A stretch of DNA of 64,000 bases from a virus (Duplodnaviria; Caudoviricetes), in IMG/VR virus record IMGVR_UViG_3300008267_006855, positions 1,192-65,191 of that record. One strand, given 5' to 3'. The position numbers were made by a program, and so were the translations under genes. The notes beneath the pieces were generated by a model. It was not told the origin of the DNA. It made no database searches and worked only from the letters and a program-made list of their open reading frames with translations. Of the stretch, positions 1 to 9,998 are shown in pieces (the stretch's first letter is position 1; each line of letters begins with the position of its first letter).

Positions 1-208
1 GAGATGCTAATGTAGACCATCCGGTTCCTGTCCATGTTTCTAATATATTGTTAGCTGAGTTCCAAATAATTGTTCCATTGGCTGAAGAAGCAGGCCTTCC
101 ATTTGAAGTTGCAATTCCACCGCCACTTCCACCAGATGCACCGATAGAAAGTAGATTTGCTGATTGAACAGCAAGGTCTGCAAGTCTAGAAACAATGGAT
201 ATTGTCAT
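1..208 (-). CDS. Fibre/Gly-rich accessory virion protein, 5' part (runs off the window start)
   Basis: ATG at 208; reads MTISIVSRLADLAVQSANLLSIGASGGSGGGIATSNGRPASSANGTIIWNSANNILETWTGTGWSTLAS. Shares the RP..ANGTIIWN.AN..LE.W module with 288..1400, 14056..14805 and 14833..16902. Confidence 0.8.
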   Translation of the reverse strand, partial: MTISIVSRLADLAVQSANLLSIGASGGSGGGIATSNGRPASSANGTIIWNSANNILETWTGTGWSTLAS

Positions 209-210
209 AG

Positions 211-291
211 TTAAGCTGTAAATGTCCCTGATGATGTAAATGTATGAATTGTATATCCATCCGATGTTGTTACTGTTGTTATCGTGGTCAT
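211..291 (-). pseudogene. 26-aa mini-ORF, probable deletion remnant of a Gly-rich fibre gene
   Basis: ATG overlaps the upstream TGA (ATGA); reads MTTITTVTTSDGYTIHTFTSSGTFTA*. The last ~21 aa match the C-terminal strand of the Gly-rich paralogs (e.g. GGTISSSGGFTYHVFTSSGTFTA). Confidence 0.7.
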
Positions 292-1400
292 GGTACTATA
301 AAACTTCCAGAAGAATTAAATGTGTGAATAGTATGATCGTTAATTGTTGTTACTGCACCACCTGTTGCTCTTTGTGTTCCTGCATATCTTATAATTACTA
401 TACCAGATCCGCCAGCGCCACCATAATAATTTGCTGAAGTTAATGCAGATCCGCCTCCGCCACCACCACCTCTATTAGTTGTTCCAGCGGTTCCATTTTG
501 AGCACCAGCTCCACCGTTTCCTCCACCATGAGTTGCATCACCAGCAACAGTTCCTCCACCGCCTCCGCCACCACCAGCGTATCCAACTGATCCGCCAAAT
601 ATAGAAACTGTTAATCCTGCTCCTCCGTCACCACCATAACCAGATCCATCAATATTAGAATTTTCTCCTACTCCACCTGCACCACCACCGCCACCGCCAG
701 ATGTACCAGCATTAGCTGCGTAGCTCATACCAGCTCCACCAGCGTATCCTTGACCTGCGGTTCCTGATCCACCTGTAGCAGTTCCATCAGATGCAGTACC
801 ACCTCCTCCACCTGAACCACCACTTTTTCCGTTATCTGCACCACCGTAACCGTAATCTCCGCCACCGCCACCACCAATAGCTATATAAGAAGCAGTAAAT
901 GAACTATTGGTACCAGATCCAGATTGAACACCTCGATCACTGCCACCTAAATCATATCCAGCTGTTCCTCCAGCACCAACAGTTACAACATATGTTCCAG
1001 ATGCTAAAGAAAGTCTACTGCCTGTAGCAAAACTTTCTGTTACTCCATAATACAACAATCCTCCAGCTCCACCGCCACCACCTCTTGTACTCGATGCTCC
1101 ACCACCACCTCCACCACCTCCTCCAGCAACAATTAAAACATCAACGCTAAGAGATTGTGATGCTAATGTGGCCCAAGACATTCCGGTCCATGTTTCTAAT
1201 ACACCATTAGCTGTATTCCAGATAATTGTTCCATTGGCTGTTGTTGCTGTATTTGGTCGACCATTGGATGATATTACACCACCAATTGATATTGTGCCGC
1301 TAGTTGAAGGTAAAACTAAAACAGTATTGCCTGCAACAGAAGGAGCTTCTATGGTTACAGAACCAGAAGTTGCGCCAGCAAGAACTATCTTTCCGCTCAT
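288..1400 (-). CDS. Glycine-rich virion/fibre-tip protein
   Basis: Likely start MSGKIVLAG at 1400 (ATGA overlap with the upstream stop). Has VDVLIVAGGGGG...GGSGIVIIRY...HTFNSSGSF Gly-rich domain typical of phage fibre accessory proteins. Confidence 0.8.
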   Translation of the reverse strand: MSGKIVLAGATSGSVTIEAPSVAGNTVLVLPSTSGTISIGGVISSNGRPNTATTANGTIIWNTANGVLETWTGMSWATLASQSLSVDVLIVAGGGGGGGGGASSTRGGGGGAGGLLYYGVTESFATGSRLSLASGTYVVTVGAGGTAGYDLGGSDRGVQSGSGTNSSFTASYIAIGGGGGGDYGYGGADNGKSGGSGGGGGTASDGTATGGSGTAGQGYAGGAGMSYAANAGTSGGGGGGAGGVGENSNIDGSGYGGDGGAGLTVSIFGGSVGYAGGGGGGGGTVAGDATHGGGNGGAGAQNGTAGTTNRGGGGGGGSALTSANYYGGAGGSGIVIIRYAGTQRATGGAVTTINDHTIHTFNSSGSFIVP

Positions 1401-1645
1401 AGAACAACCCATCTACTTGTTGCTGGAATAGTTATAGTTGAACCGTTAGCAACTGTTATTGGTCCTGTTGATGTAAGACCTAAACTTGCATCAGCAACAA
1501 CATTTGAAGTTATTACGGTATTATTTTTCATAATAACATTATTTGCATCAGCAAAACTACCTCCGCCTCCGCCACCTGAAGCAGAAAGCGTACCAACAGC
1601 CGTGGTATTTTTTGCTAGTTTACTAAGGTTTCGTGTTCTGCTCAT
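1397..1645 (-). CDS. Small fibre connector protein
   Basis: 82 aa; N-terminal MSRTRNLSKLA helix and C-terminal GPITVANGSTITIPATSRWVVL; preceded by a TAAATA box. Confidence 0.75.
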   Translation of the reverse strand: MSRTRNLSKLAKNTTAVGTLSASGGGGGGSFADANNVIMKNNTVITSNVVADASLGLTSTGPITVANGSTITIPATSRWVVL

Positions 1646-1650
1646 TGGTA

Positions 1651-1658
1651 TATTTATC
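1651..1658 (-). promoter_or_regulatory. T4-type late promoter (GATAAATA)
   Basis: TAAATA core 5 nt before the ATG at 1645. Confidence 0.6.
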
Positions 1659-4600
1659 TAGCTAAGAATGTGCCAGTTGGTGGAGTAAAGTTTGCTGTGT
1701 AACGGGCGACTCCTTTGGTGATACGGAAATCATCAATGTAACCATTCATGAGATAAGGAGTTGATATTAAACCTAAATTTAAACCTGATGCTACTAAATC
1801 TGATGAGTTTGTAGCAGAAGACTCCAGAATTCCGTTTATAAACATTCTTAAAGAAGTTCCTGATCTGGTGACAGCTACATGATACCATGTTGAAGCAGCA
1901 GTATTGGTTGTGCTTGACACAAGAGGACCTGCTCCATGAATTCCAAAACCTATTACATTTGTACTTAGTCTGTACATATACCAGGGACCAACAGGAGCAC
2001 CAGTAGTACTAGACCAAACGTCTACTATACCAAGATTAGTTCCTACGGTAGCAAAGTTTACCCATGCTTCAATAGTAAAGTCACCAGTTCTAAAGGTGCA
2101 GTTTATTTTTGTTAAATCTGTATAACTCGCCAAATAATCTCCAGTTCCATCAAAGTACATAGAACCTGTGCCAAATTTTTTCGTTGATGTTACTATTTTC
2201 GCATCACCAACAGTTTCTAGAACATTACGAGAAGATACATCAACTATAGCGGCATCATTATAATTTAAAAGCATAGCAGTTCCTAAAACAGCAGATGGTG
2301 GAGTTGTTGGAGGAGTAAACGCAGCCGTATATATTGCAGTTCCATTTACTATTCTGAATCCAGACATATATCCTTTAACATATTCTCCGAATGTTCCACT
2401 GCTATAATATGATCCAATATATATTCCACCACCAGAAAACCCACTTGGTAGATTAGTTGTTGTTCCTGCTACTTCTCCATTGTGATATAAAGTTATAGTA
2501 GCTCCATTACGAACCAAAGCCACATGATTCCAAGAATTTAACTGTAAATTTTTACCTGCGCTATTACTATTGATTGATGGGGTAGCTGTCCAAGAAGATC
2601 CATTACCAATATAAACGTGAGTATCTCCAATACCTGTTCTGTTTAAACTTATAGCAAGAGTTGTATGGGGTGTTGTATTAAGTAAAGTTTGTAGAGACTT
2701 AGGTAGCATATAAACCCATACTTCTACTGTAAAATTGTTATTCAGATGAAGTAAATTATTTGCTATATTATTATACAAGTAATCTGCATCACCATCAAAA
2801 TAAACACTACCACCATGTGTCGTTCTAGAATATTGTGATGTTGGTTTAAATGGAGAAAAGTTAACTACAGCAGTATCACCATTTCTAGTGATGGCAAAAT
2901 TATTTGTAGAATTATCTTTAATGCAATTTGATTGGCAGGTTAATAAAGATGTGTTGGCGATAGCAGTTAATGCTGAAGTTGATGGAGTAAAGTTAGTAGT
3001 ATAAACAGTAGTGCCACGAACTATTCTTAAATTACTAATGTAACCTCTGTAGTCTGTATTTTGCACCTTACCTATGTTTAAAGTAGTACCAGAGTTAAAA
3101 TTTGGTGTTCCAGATTTTGCTACACTAAAAACTTCTGTACCATTAATATATCCTTTTAGTATACTAGTAGTATTATTATAAACCATAGCAATATGATTCC
3201 ACGAATTTAGAGGTACTATACTGGTGCTTACAGCACTAGTAACAGTAGAACCATTCCAATAATAAAAATATAAATTGCCAGATGCATTAGTACCGAATGC
3301 CCAATCTGTTTCAGCAGTACCTGCATTACCATGCGCTACCTGTAGTGGCAAAGAGTTAGTGCCACTAGCAGAATTAGATAAATTATAAACCCACATTTCA
3401 ATGGTATAATTGGTGTTCCACCATTGTATAGTAGAAATATTATATGGTATATTTAAATAATCTCCACTACCATCAAAGTAATTACTCCAACCTGCTGGAC
3501 TAAATGGCGAGAATGATCCTTGACTAGAACTGCCTACTTTAACCATTGGAGTAGTAATACCAGAAGTATCAATAAAACTATGGTTGTTAACTGGCTGGCG
3601 AGTTTGTAATGTAAGAATTTGGGTGTTAGCAACAGCAGTTAATGGTGCTGTGGGAACAGTAATGGTTGTTCCAGAATAAATACCAGTTCCTTTTATAATC
3701 CGAGCATTACTTATATATCCGTTAAAGGGGTTTGTTCCTGTATTTGATCCTGCAACATAATACTGCCTTGCAGATGTATTTGATGTGTCGCTGAAATTAT
3801 TTGTTCGCACACCATTAACATAAACACTTGTTGTTCCAGATGTTCTTGATACTGCAAAATGAAACCATTGTCTTGCAGCCGCAGAAACACCTGTGTCTCT
3901 TACACTTCCGTCGTAGTACTGAAAAGTGTTGGCGGGCGAAAAACCTATATCTAAATTATTCATATCCCCACCACCGAACAACAATCGTTGGGCTGTGCTT
4001 GCTAATGGGTAGACCCAGCACTCAATAGTAAAATCGCCAGTTCCAAAACCAAAATTATTACTACTTGGTGCAGAAAGATAATCTCCTGTGCCATCAAAAT
4101 AACCTGATCCTGTCGTAGTATCTGTTTCTGTGAACGGACCAAATGCAGAAATTTTAACATCACCATTTTTAGTAATAGTAAATGCATTAGTGGAGTTATC
4201 AATGAGGCGATTGCTTTGGCAGGTCAGTAGTGCGGTGCCAGTTATAGCAGTCAAAGGAGATGTTGGTGGAGTAAAATTAGAAGCGTAAACTTCTGTAGTG
4301 GTCACTCTAAGATTACTAAAATAACCAAGTAATTCTTGTCCTGAATTAAACCCGTCGTAGAAGAACGTTGTAGTGGTAAGAGACGGATTTATAAATCCAC
4401 TAAAAGTTGCCTCTAATATTCCATTTACATAAGCTTTGACCGTAGAGCCGTTTCTTACATAAGCAATATGGTACCATTGGTTATTGCTTATGTTGGTTGT
4501 GCCGCTGACAGATGATCCCGCTTGAAATATGTATATTAAACCAGAGGATATACCTAATATTGTTCTTGAACTAAATTGCCCTCCACTTGCAACATATTGA

Positions 4601-5361
4601 GCTGCTATTGTTGCAGTTGTGTCCGAGGTATAAACCCACCCCTCAACCGTCCAAGTAGAACCATCTAAAAATCTGTTAGTGCTTTGATTTAAGTAATCAC
4701 CTGTGCCATCAAAATAATTACTCCAATTTGTATTGTATGGACTAAATGCTGATGGTTTAGTATCACCGTTTACTGTTATTGCAAAGTTATTTGATGATGC
4801 ATCTGTAACAAAAGTGTTTGCATCTGCATTAATTGCCAATACTGTTCTGTTGAAATATTGTTCTCCAACAGTTATAGTAATACTAAATGTTCTTGGGCTT
4901 TCTTGATTTTCAGCATCAGAAGCAATAACTGTAAAAGAATAAACTGTTTCTTCTGATAAACCTGTCACGGTTCCAGAAATTAATCCACCTGATGATAATG
5001 TTAATCCTGCAGGTAATGTACTTCCAGATTGCAATGCAAATAATGTTGCTTCAGTTGCACTTAGTTGTATTGAGATAGCATCATCAACATTTCCAGAAAG
5101 ACTAGAAGAAGTCTGCCAGCTTGGGTTAGCAGAGAATGTAACTCCATTTACTCGAATACCAACACTTCCATCTGTATTAGCCAAATAAACAATATAAGTT
5201 CCAGCAGCAGTAGCTGGTAACTGTGCTCTTACTGTGGTTGAATTTATAAATGTAGTTGATGTCGCGAGAACGTTGTTGATTAAAACCTGACAACCAGAAG
5301 CAAATCCAGATCCAGTTAATAGTATGTAACCACCTGCTGTATCTACAGCGGTATCATCCAA
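1654..5361 (-). CDS. Multi-LamG (concanavalin A-like) adhesin with IPT/Ig-like N-terminal domains; 5' end irregular
   Basis: Five (W/G)S.YFDG.GDYL...(F/W/Y)T(I/V)E.W...W.H.A repeats. The frame is open to 5421 without an in-frame ATG; the nearest ATG (5411, MALK) is out of frame; TTG at 5361 is the only in-frame start. Confidence 0.85.
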   Translation of the reverse strand: MDDTAVDTAGGYILLTGSGFASGCQVLINNVLATSTTFINSTTVRAQLPATAAGTYIVYLANTDGSVGIRVNGVTFSANPSWQTSSSLSGNVDDAISIQLSATEATLFALQSGSTLPAGLTLSSGGLISGTVTGLSEETVYSFTVIASDAENQESPRTFSITITVGEQYFNRTVLAINADANTFVTDASSNNFAITVNGDTKPSAFSPYNTNWSNYFDGTGDYLNQSTNRFLDGSTWTVEGWVYTSDTTATIAAQYVASGGQFSSRTILGISSGLIYIFQAGSSVSGTTNISNNQWYHIAYVRNGSTVKAYVNGILEATFSGFINPSLTTTTFFYDGFNSGQELLGYFSNLRVTTTEVYASNFTPPTSPLTAITGTALLTCQSNRLIDNSTNAFTITKNGDVKISAFGPFTETDTTTGSGYFDGTGDYLSAPSSNNFGFGTGDFTIECWVYPLASTAQRLLFGGGDMNNLDIGFSPANTFQYYDGSVRDTGVSAAARQWFHFAVSRTSGTTSVYVNGVRTNNFSDTSNTSARQYYVAGSNTGTNPFNGYISNARIIKGTGIYSGTTITVPTAPLTAVANTQILTLQTRQPVNNHSFIDTSGITTPMVKVGSSSQGSFSPFSPAGWSNYFDGSGDYLNIPYNISTIQWWNTNYTIEMWVYNLSNSASGTNSLPLQVAHGNAGTAETDWAFGTNASGNLYFYYWNGSTVTSAVSTSIVPLNSWNHIAMVYNNTTSILKGYINGTEVFSVAKSGTPNFNSGTTLNIGKVQNTDYRGYISNLRIVRGTTVYTTNFTPSTSALTAIANTSLLTCQSNCIKDNSTNNFAITRNGDTAVVNFSPFKPTSQYSRTTHGGSVYFDGDADYLYNNIANNLLHLNNNFTVEVWVYMLPKSLQTLLNTTPHTTLAISLNRTGIGDTHVYIGNGSSWTATPSINSNSAGKNLQLNSWNHVALVRNGATITLYHNGEVAGTTTNLPSGFSGGGIYIGSYYSSGTFGEYVKGYMSGFRIVNGTAIYTAAFTPPTTPPSAVLGTAMLLNYNDAAIVDVSSRNVLETVGDAKIVTSTKKFGTGSMYFDGTGDYLASYTDLTKINCTFRTGDFTIEAWVNFATVGTNLGIVDVWSSTTGAPVGPWYMYRLSTNVIGFGIHGAGPLVSSTTNTAASTWYHVAVTRSGTSLRMFINGILESSATNSSDLVASGLNLGLISTPYLMNGYIDDFRITKGVARYTANFTPPTGTFLAR

Positions 5362-5401
5362 AACTGTGCCACCACTATTGGTAACTTGTATGTTGGATAT
5401 T
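5288..5401. repeat. 114-bp perfect direct repeat, copy 1 (copy 2 at 9174..9287)
   Basis: The stretch tgacaaccagaag...tgttggatatt is identical by manual alignment at the 5' ends of both LamG paralogs. Confidence 0.9.
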
Positions 5402-5413
5402 TGAGTGCCATAG

Positions 5414-8400
5414 TTATCTAACTAAGAATGTGCCAGTTGGTGGGGTAAAGTTTGCTGTGTAACGAGCAACTCCTCTAGTTATACGAAGATCATCAATGTA
5501 GCCATTCCAATATCTTGGACCACCATATCCTGCCGCAGGACCAAGATATCCAAGACCTATTCGTAATGGGTTTGTATTGACAGCATTAAACGATGTTGTA
5601 ACATTACTTGAATGATAACTAACCCCATCAACAAATATTTTTAATACGCTATTATATCTAGATACAGCAATGTGATACCATGTATTAGCTGAAATAGTAA
5701 CCCCAGTAGTTGTATAGCTATAATCAGTTCCATCATATCTTTTAAATATAATTTGATTTGATCCTTCAGAACCCAAATAACCTAAAGACCATCCATGATA
5801 AACACTACCACCATTGGCACCATCTCCTAAAAGTACAAGCATTCTATAATTAGTATTAATATTTGCAAAATTAAACCACCCCTCAACAGTAAAATCTGTT
5901 GTACCTAGAGAAAATTTTTCATCATAAGGAATGACAACATTATCATCTACACCATCAAAATACATAGAACCTGTACCGTATTTTTTAGTTAATGTGGTTA
6001 TTCCTGCGCCACCAACAGTTTCTAGAACATTGCGAGAGGAAACATCTACGATGCCAGCATTATTATAATTAAGCAATAAACTAGTATAACTGTTAGCAGT
6101 TGTTGGAGATGTAGGTAATGTAATATTATTTCCAGAATATCGAATATTTCTAGTGAACATAAAGTCAGACATATAGAAAGCTCCAGCAGGACCTGTCGTA
6201 GAAGCACCAATTTTAGTTAAATTTCCATTAACTAGGTTAACGTCTCCATAAGCATTAGGGCTTCCACCAGCACCGTATGTAGTATTACATTTCACTCCAT
6301 TAACATAAAAAACCCATGTACTGTTGTCTTCTTTTTGCTGGACAATATGATACCATTGTTTTTGTTTCAACACTATGTTTGCATATGCAAACCGATCATT
6401 GCTGCCATAATCGCGGTGGTGCCACATTAATCCATTAGTACTATCATGATACCAATACCACTCAATGGCTCCAACACTATTGCTTGCTCTTTGTATAATC
6501 GTAAATGCGTTACTTAATGGATATATCCATGCCTCAATCGTCCAAACGAATTGTGTAGTTCCTACCCTATTACCAACAATCGCGATATTTGAATCTGCAA
6601 GTGTTAAGTCAACACTATCACCGCTACCATCAAAATAAACACTACCGCCATGTGTCGTTCTAGAATAGTTTGCTGTTGGTTTAAATGGAGAAAAGTTAAC
6701 TACTGCAGCGTCACCGTTTTTAGTGATGGTAAAATTATTTGTAGAGTTATCAATAAATCTATTAGACTGACACATCAACAAAGAAGTATTAGCAATAGCA
6801 GTTAATTCTGAAGTTGGTGGAGTAAAGTTAGTAGTATAAACAGCTGTACCTTTCACTATTCTTAAATTAGAAAGATATCCATTTAAATGTGCGACTCCTT
6901 GTACTGCTCTACCGATAGTTATGCTGCCAGTACTAGTACCCGTTAAATTAGAACCATCTGTTCTTGATAGGGTTTCTATACCATTTTGAAAGATCTTAAT
7001 CGTAGTTCCAGATCTACATATAGCTAAATGGACCCAAGTATTTAAAGGAACTACTGTAGAAGAACTATATGTCGTACCGTTGTAATAATATGCACCAGTT
7101 GTAATTATACCAAAAACAAACGGATTAGCTGCTGCTGCTGATCTTGTATCTATTATATTATTGCCATCAACATCATATCTCGTTAGATAAACATATACCT
7201 CTACTGTAAAATCACCAGTACCAAAGTTACTAGAAAGATATGATACGTTTAAATAATCACCTGTACCATCAAAATAATTACTCCATCCTCCTGGACTAAA
7301 TGGTGAGAATGATCCTTGAGATGCATTACCAACTTTAGTTACTAAAAGATTATTTCTAGATGCATCAATAAAACTATGATTGTTAACTGGCTGACGAGTT
7401 TGTAGTGTAAGAATTTGGGTGTTAGCAACAGCAGTTAATGGAGCGGTAGGTGGTGTGAATGTAGCCGTGTAAACCGCAGAACCAAGCACATATCTGAATC
7501 CAGAAATATATCCAGCAAAGTTACCGCCCCCATCATCAGAGTCAGCAGCTATAGCCCAAGCACCGGAATTATTTACTAGTGCCGTATTGCTAACGCTTCC
7601 CGTCGCAACAGAAACTCCGTTTAAGTAAAGCACCAAGTTGTTTGATGCCGTCCCGTTTCGCACTACTGCAATATGTGACCATGCGTTTAGCGGTGGACTA
7701 GTGGATGCGTTTACATTAACTGCCCAAGATGACCCTGTAGTTGAAGCAAACAATGTCATTGTTCCGCTGTTAATCAAAATTTGTATTGGCGAGTAATCTG
7801 TTGCATTGTTTGTCCGCTTGCTAAATACGCCCAAGAATGAGCCTGTTGCTGTTGGGTATATCCAGCACTCAATGGTGAAGTTAGAACTGCCTGGCTCAAG
7901 TGTTGCGCTATCAGCGACGGTTAGGTAATCCCCCGCCCCATCAAAATAACCTGATCCTGTCGTAGTATCTGTTTCTGTAAACGGACCAGATGCAGAAACT
8001 TTAACATCACCGTTTTTAGTGATAGTAAAAGCATTAGTGGAGTTATCAATGAGGCGATTTGATTGGCAAGTCAATAAAGAAGTATTTGTTATAGCAGTAA
8101 GTGGTGATGTTGGAGGTGTAAAATTAGTAGTATAAAAAGATGTTCCCGCTAAAATCCTTAAATTACTAATATAACCATTTAAATAAGCACCTTGGTTAGT
8201 TTCACTACCCACCCATGTAAAAGCTCCTGTTCCAGGTTGGTTGGCTGTATATGTTGCTGTTGCTACAGAAACCCCATTTACATAAAGCGTATACACATTT
8301 CCATTTCTCACACAAGCCAAGTGGTTCCAAGAACCAGCTGTAATACCATGAGTTCCGCTTACTGCTGTAGTATCACTGTTTGTACCAAATGCTAAAGTAG

Positions 8401-9247
8401 TTTGTCCAATACGAAATTGCCACCCATCTCCCAAATTCGCTGACCCAACACCAACAATTACCATCCAATTAGAATAACTTCCTGGCCAACTATCTGTTGT
8501 TGGCATAGTAGTTAAATTAACCCACGCTTCTATTGTAAAATTTCCACTGCTTATATTTAATGCCGTTGTTTGTAAGCAATCTCCACTCCCATCAAAGTAA
8601 TTACTCCAGTTTGTATTGTACGGGCTAAAAGAAAATGGTCTTGTATCTCCAGCTACCGTAATTGCAAAATTATTAGAAGATGCATCACTCGCAAAGGTGT
8701 TACCAACATCAGCATTAATTGCCAGTACTGTTCTGTTGAAATATGCGTCACCAACAGTTATAGTAATGCTAAATGTTCTCGGGCTTTCTTGATTTTGAGC
8801 ATCAGTAGCAACAACTGTAAATGAGTAAATTGTTTCTTCTACCAATCCAGTTACAGTTCCAGAAATTAATCCACCAGAAGATAATGTTAATCCAGTAGGT
8901 AATGTGCTTCCTGCTTGTAATGCGAATACTGTTGCTTCAGTAGCAATTAATTGTATTGAGATAGCATCATCAACATTTCCAGAAAGACTAGAAGAAGTTT
9001 GCCATCCTGGAGATGCAGAGAATGTAACTCCGTTGACACGGATTCCAACACCACCATCGCTATTGATCAAATAAACAATATAAGTTCCAGCAGCAGTAGC
9101 TGGTAACTGTGCTCTTACTGTGGTTGAATTAACAAATGTCGTTGATGTAGCAGGCACATTATTAATAATAACTTGACAACCAGAAGCAAATCCAGATCCA
9201 GTTAATAGTATGTAACCACCTGCTGTATCTACAGCGGTATCATCCAA
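5414..9247 (-). CDS. Multi-LamG adhesin, paralog 2; 5' end irregular
   Basis: Same 5x LamG architecture. The frame is open only to 9298 (TAA at 9299-9301) with no in-frame ATG; TTG at 9247. Confidence 0.85.
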   Translation of the reverse strand: MDDTAVDTAGGYILLTGSGFASGCQVIINNVPATSTTFVNSTTVRAQLPATAAGTYIVYLINSDGGVGIRVNGVTFSASPGWQTSSSLSGNVDDAISIQLIATEATVFALQAGSTLPTGLTLSSGGLISGTVTGLVEETIYSFTVVATDAQNQESPRTFSITITVGDAYFNRTVLAINADVGNTFASDASSNNFAITVAGDTRPFSFSPYNTNWSNYFDGSGDCLQTTALNISSGNFTIEAWVNLTTMPTTDSWPGSYSNWMVIVGVGSANLGDGWQFRIGQTTLAFGTNSDTTAVSGTHGITAGSWNHLACVRNGNVYTLYVNGVSVATATYTANQPGTGAFTWVGSETNQGAYLNGYISNLRILAGTSFYTTNFTPPTSPLTAITNTSLLTCQSNRLIDNSTNAFTITKNGDVKVSASGPFTETDTTTGSGYFDGAGDYLTVADSATLEPGSSNFTIECWIYPTATGSFLGVFSKRTNNATDYSPIQILINSGTMTLFASTTGSSWAVNVNASTSPPLNAWSHIAVVRNGTASNNLVLYLNGVSVATGSVSNTALVNNSGAWAIAADSDDGGGNFAGYISGFRYVLGSAVYTATFTPPTAPLTAVANTQILTLQTRQPVNNHSFIDASRNNLLVTKVGNASQGSFSPFSPGGWSNYFDGTGDYLNVSYLSSNFGTGDFTVEVYVYLTRYDVDGNNIIDTRSAAAANPFVFGIITTGAYYYNGTTYSSSTVVPLNTWVHLAICRSGTTIKIFQNGIETLSRTDGSNLTGTSTGSITIGRAVQGVAHLNGYLSNLRIVKGTAVYTTNFTPPTSELTAIANTSLLMCQSNRFIDNSTNNFTITKNGDAAVVNFSPFKPTANYSRTTHGGSVYFDGSGDSVDLTLADSNIAIVGNRVGTTQFVWTIEAWIYPLSNAFTIIQRASNSVGAIEWYWYHDSTNGLMWHHRDYGSNDRFAYANIVLKQKQWYHIVQQKEDNSTWVFYVNGVKCNTTYGAGGSPNAYGDVNLVNGNLTKIGASTTGPAGAFYMSDFMFTRNIRYSGNNITLPTSPTTANSYTSLLLNYNNAGIVDVSSRNVLETVGGAGITTLTKKYGTGSMYFDGVDDNVVIPYDEKFSLGTTDFTVEGWFNFANINTNYRMLVLLGDGANGGSVYHGWSLGYLGSEGSNQIIFKRYDGTDYSYTTTGVTISANTWYHIAVSRYNSVLKIFVDGVSYHSSNVTTSFNAVNTNPLRIGLGYLGPAAGYGGPRYWNGYIDDLRITRGVARYTANFTPPTGTFLVR

Positions 9248-9287
9248 AACTGTGCCACCACTATTGGTAACTTGTATGTTGGATATT
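9174..9287. repeat. 114-bp perfect direct repeat, copy 2
   Basis: Identical to 5288..5401. Confidence 0.9.
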
Positions 9288-9879
9288 ATAAACTGCCATT
9301 AACAGAATATGTATCTCTTACTTGTGTAACACCGTCAATAACTACTGATGTTTGATTTTTTGAAGATGGTGTAGTAGATAATGTAAATGCTGTCTGAGCA
9401 CCGTTTGCAGTAAAAATATCTGATGTAAATGATGCTACTCCTGGTTGTAATGTCCAAGAAATAATAACAACTTCATCATTTGCATCTGACACTTCTTCTA
9501 AAATAACTGTTGTTGCATTTGTTGCTGTAAAATCTGCCGGCAGTATTTTAATACCATTGATATACACATCAACATAACCAACAGTATAACCAGATGATGT
9601 GGTAAATGTAACTTGATTTGCAGAAGCAGTATAGACATCAACAACTCTAGATCCAATACCTTGATTTGTTGATTGTCCTTCTACCCAATTAGAATTATAG
9701 TAAACGAATAATTTACCATTTGTTGTATTGTACCACATATCACCAGAAGAAGGTGAAACGGGTGCAGTATTTGAAGTTGTAACAGAAGAACCACCACCCA
9801 ATTCAACTAATGGATCTATTTTTTCTTGTGTAATTGCACTATTAGCAATTAAATTAGTTTTTATTTGAGTGAATGCCAT
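9286..9879 (-). CDS. Fibre connector protein, probably truncated at its C-terminus
   Basis: Contains GDMWY and YTASANQVTF..DVYING modules. Ends abruptly at TYSVNGSL*, where the same module in 10361..10834 continues TYSVVGNTLTFSTAP. Confidence 0.7.
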   Translation of the reverse strand: MAFTQIKTNLIANSAITQEKIDPLVELGGGSSVTTSNTAPVSPSSGDMWYNTTNGKLFVYYNSNWVEGQSTNQGIGSRVVDVYTASANQVTFTTSSGYTVGYVDVYINGIKILPADFTATNATTVILEEVSDANDEVVIISWTLQPGVASFTSDIFTANGAQTAFTLSTTPSSKNQTSVVIDGVTQVRDTYSVNGSL

Positions 9880-9887
9880 TTTTTTTT

Positions 9888-9998
9888 CTAATTATAAGAT
9901 ATATTAAAACTTAAACTTATTCTTTCTTCTTTTGCAGGTAATGTTCTTAATGGAGTATTTTCTTTTAACTTTGATAAACCAGTAATGCTGATTGGCAT
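9888..9998 (-). pseudogene. 36-aa chimeric mini-ORF ending in a 2OG-Fe(II) oxygenase-like terminal motif
   Basis: TAATG-coupled start; reads MPISITGLSKLKENTPLRTLPAKEERISLSFNISYN*. ERISLSFN resembles the terminal R-x-S strand of phage 2OG-Fe(II) oxygenases. Confidence 0.55.

Noticed and set aside
1654-9301. Diversity-generating retroelement acting on the LamG paralogs
   Set aside because: There is no reverse transcriptase in the window, and paralog differences are not adenine-specific; they are mostly synonymous in linkers and whole-domain elsewhere.
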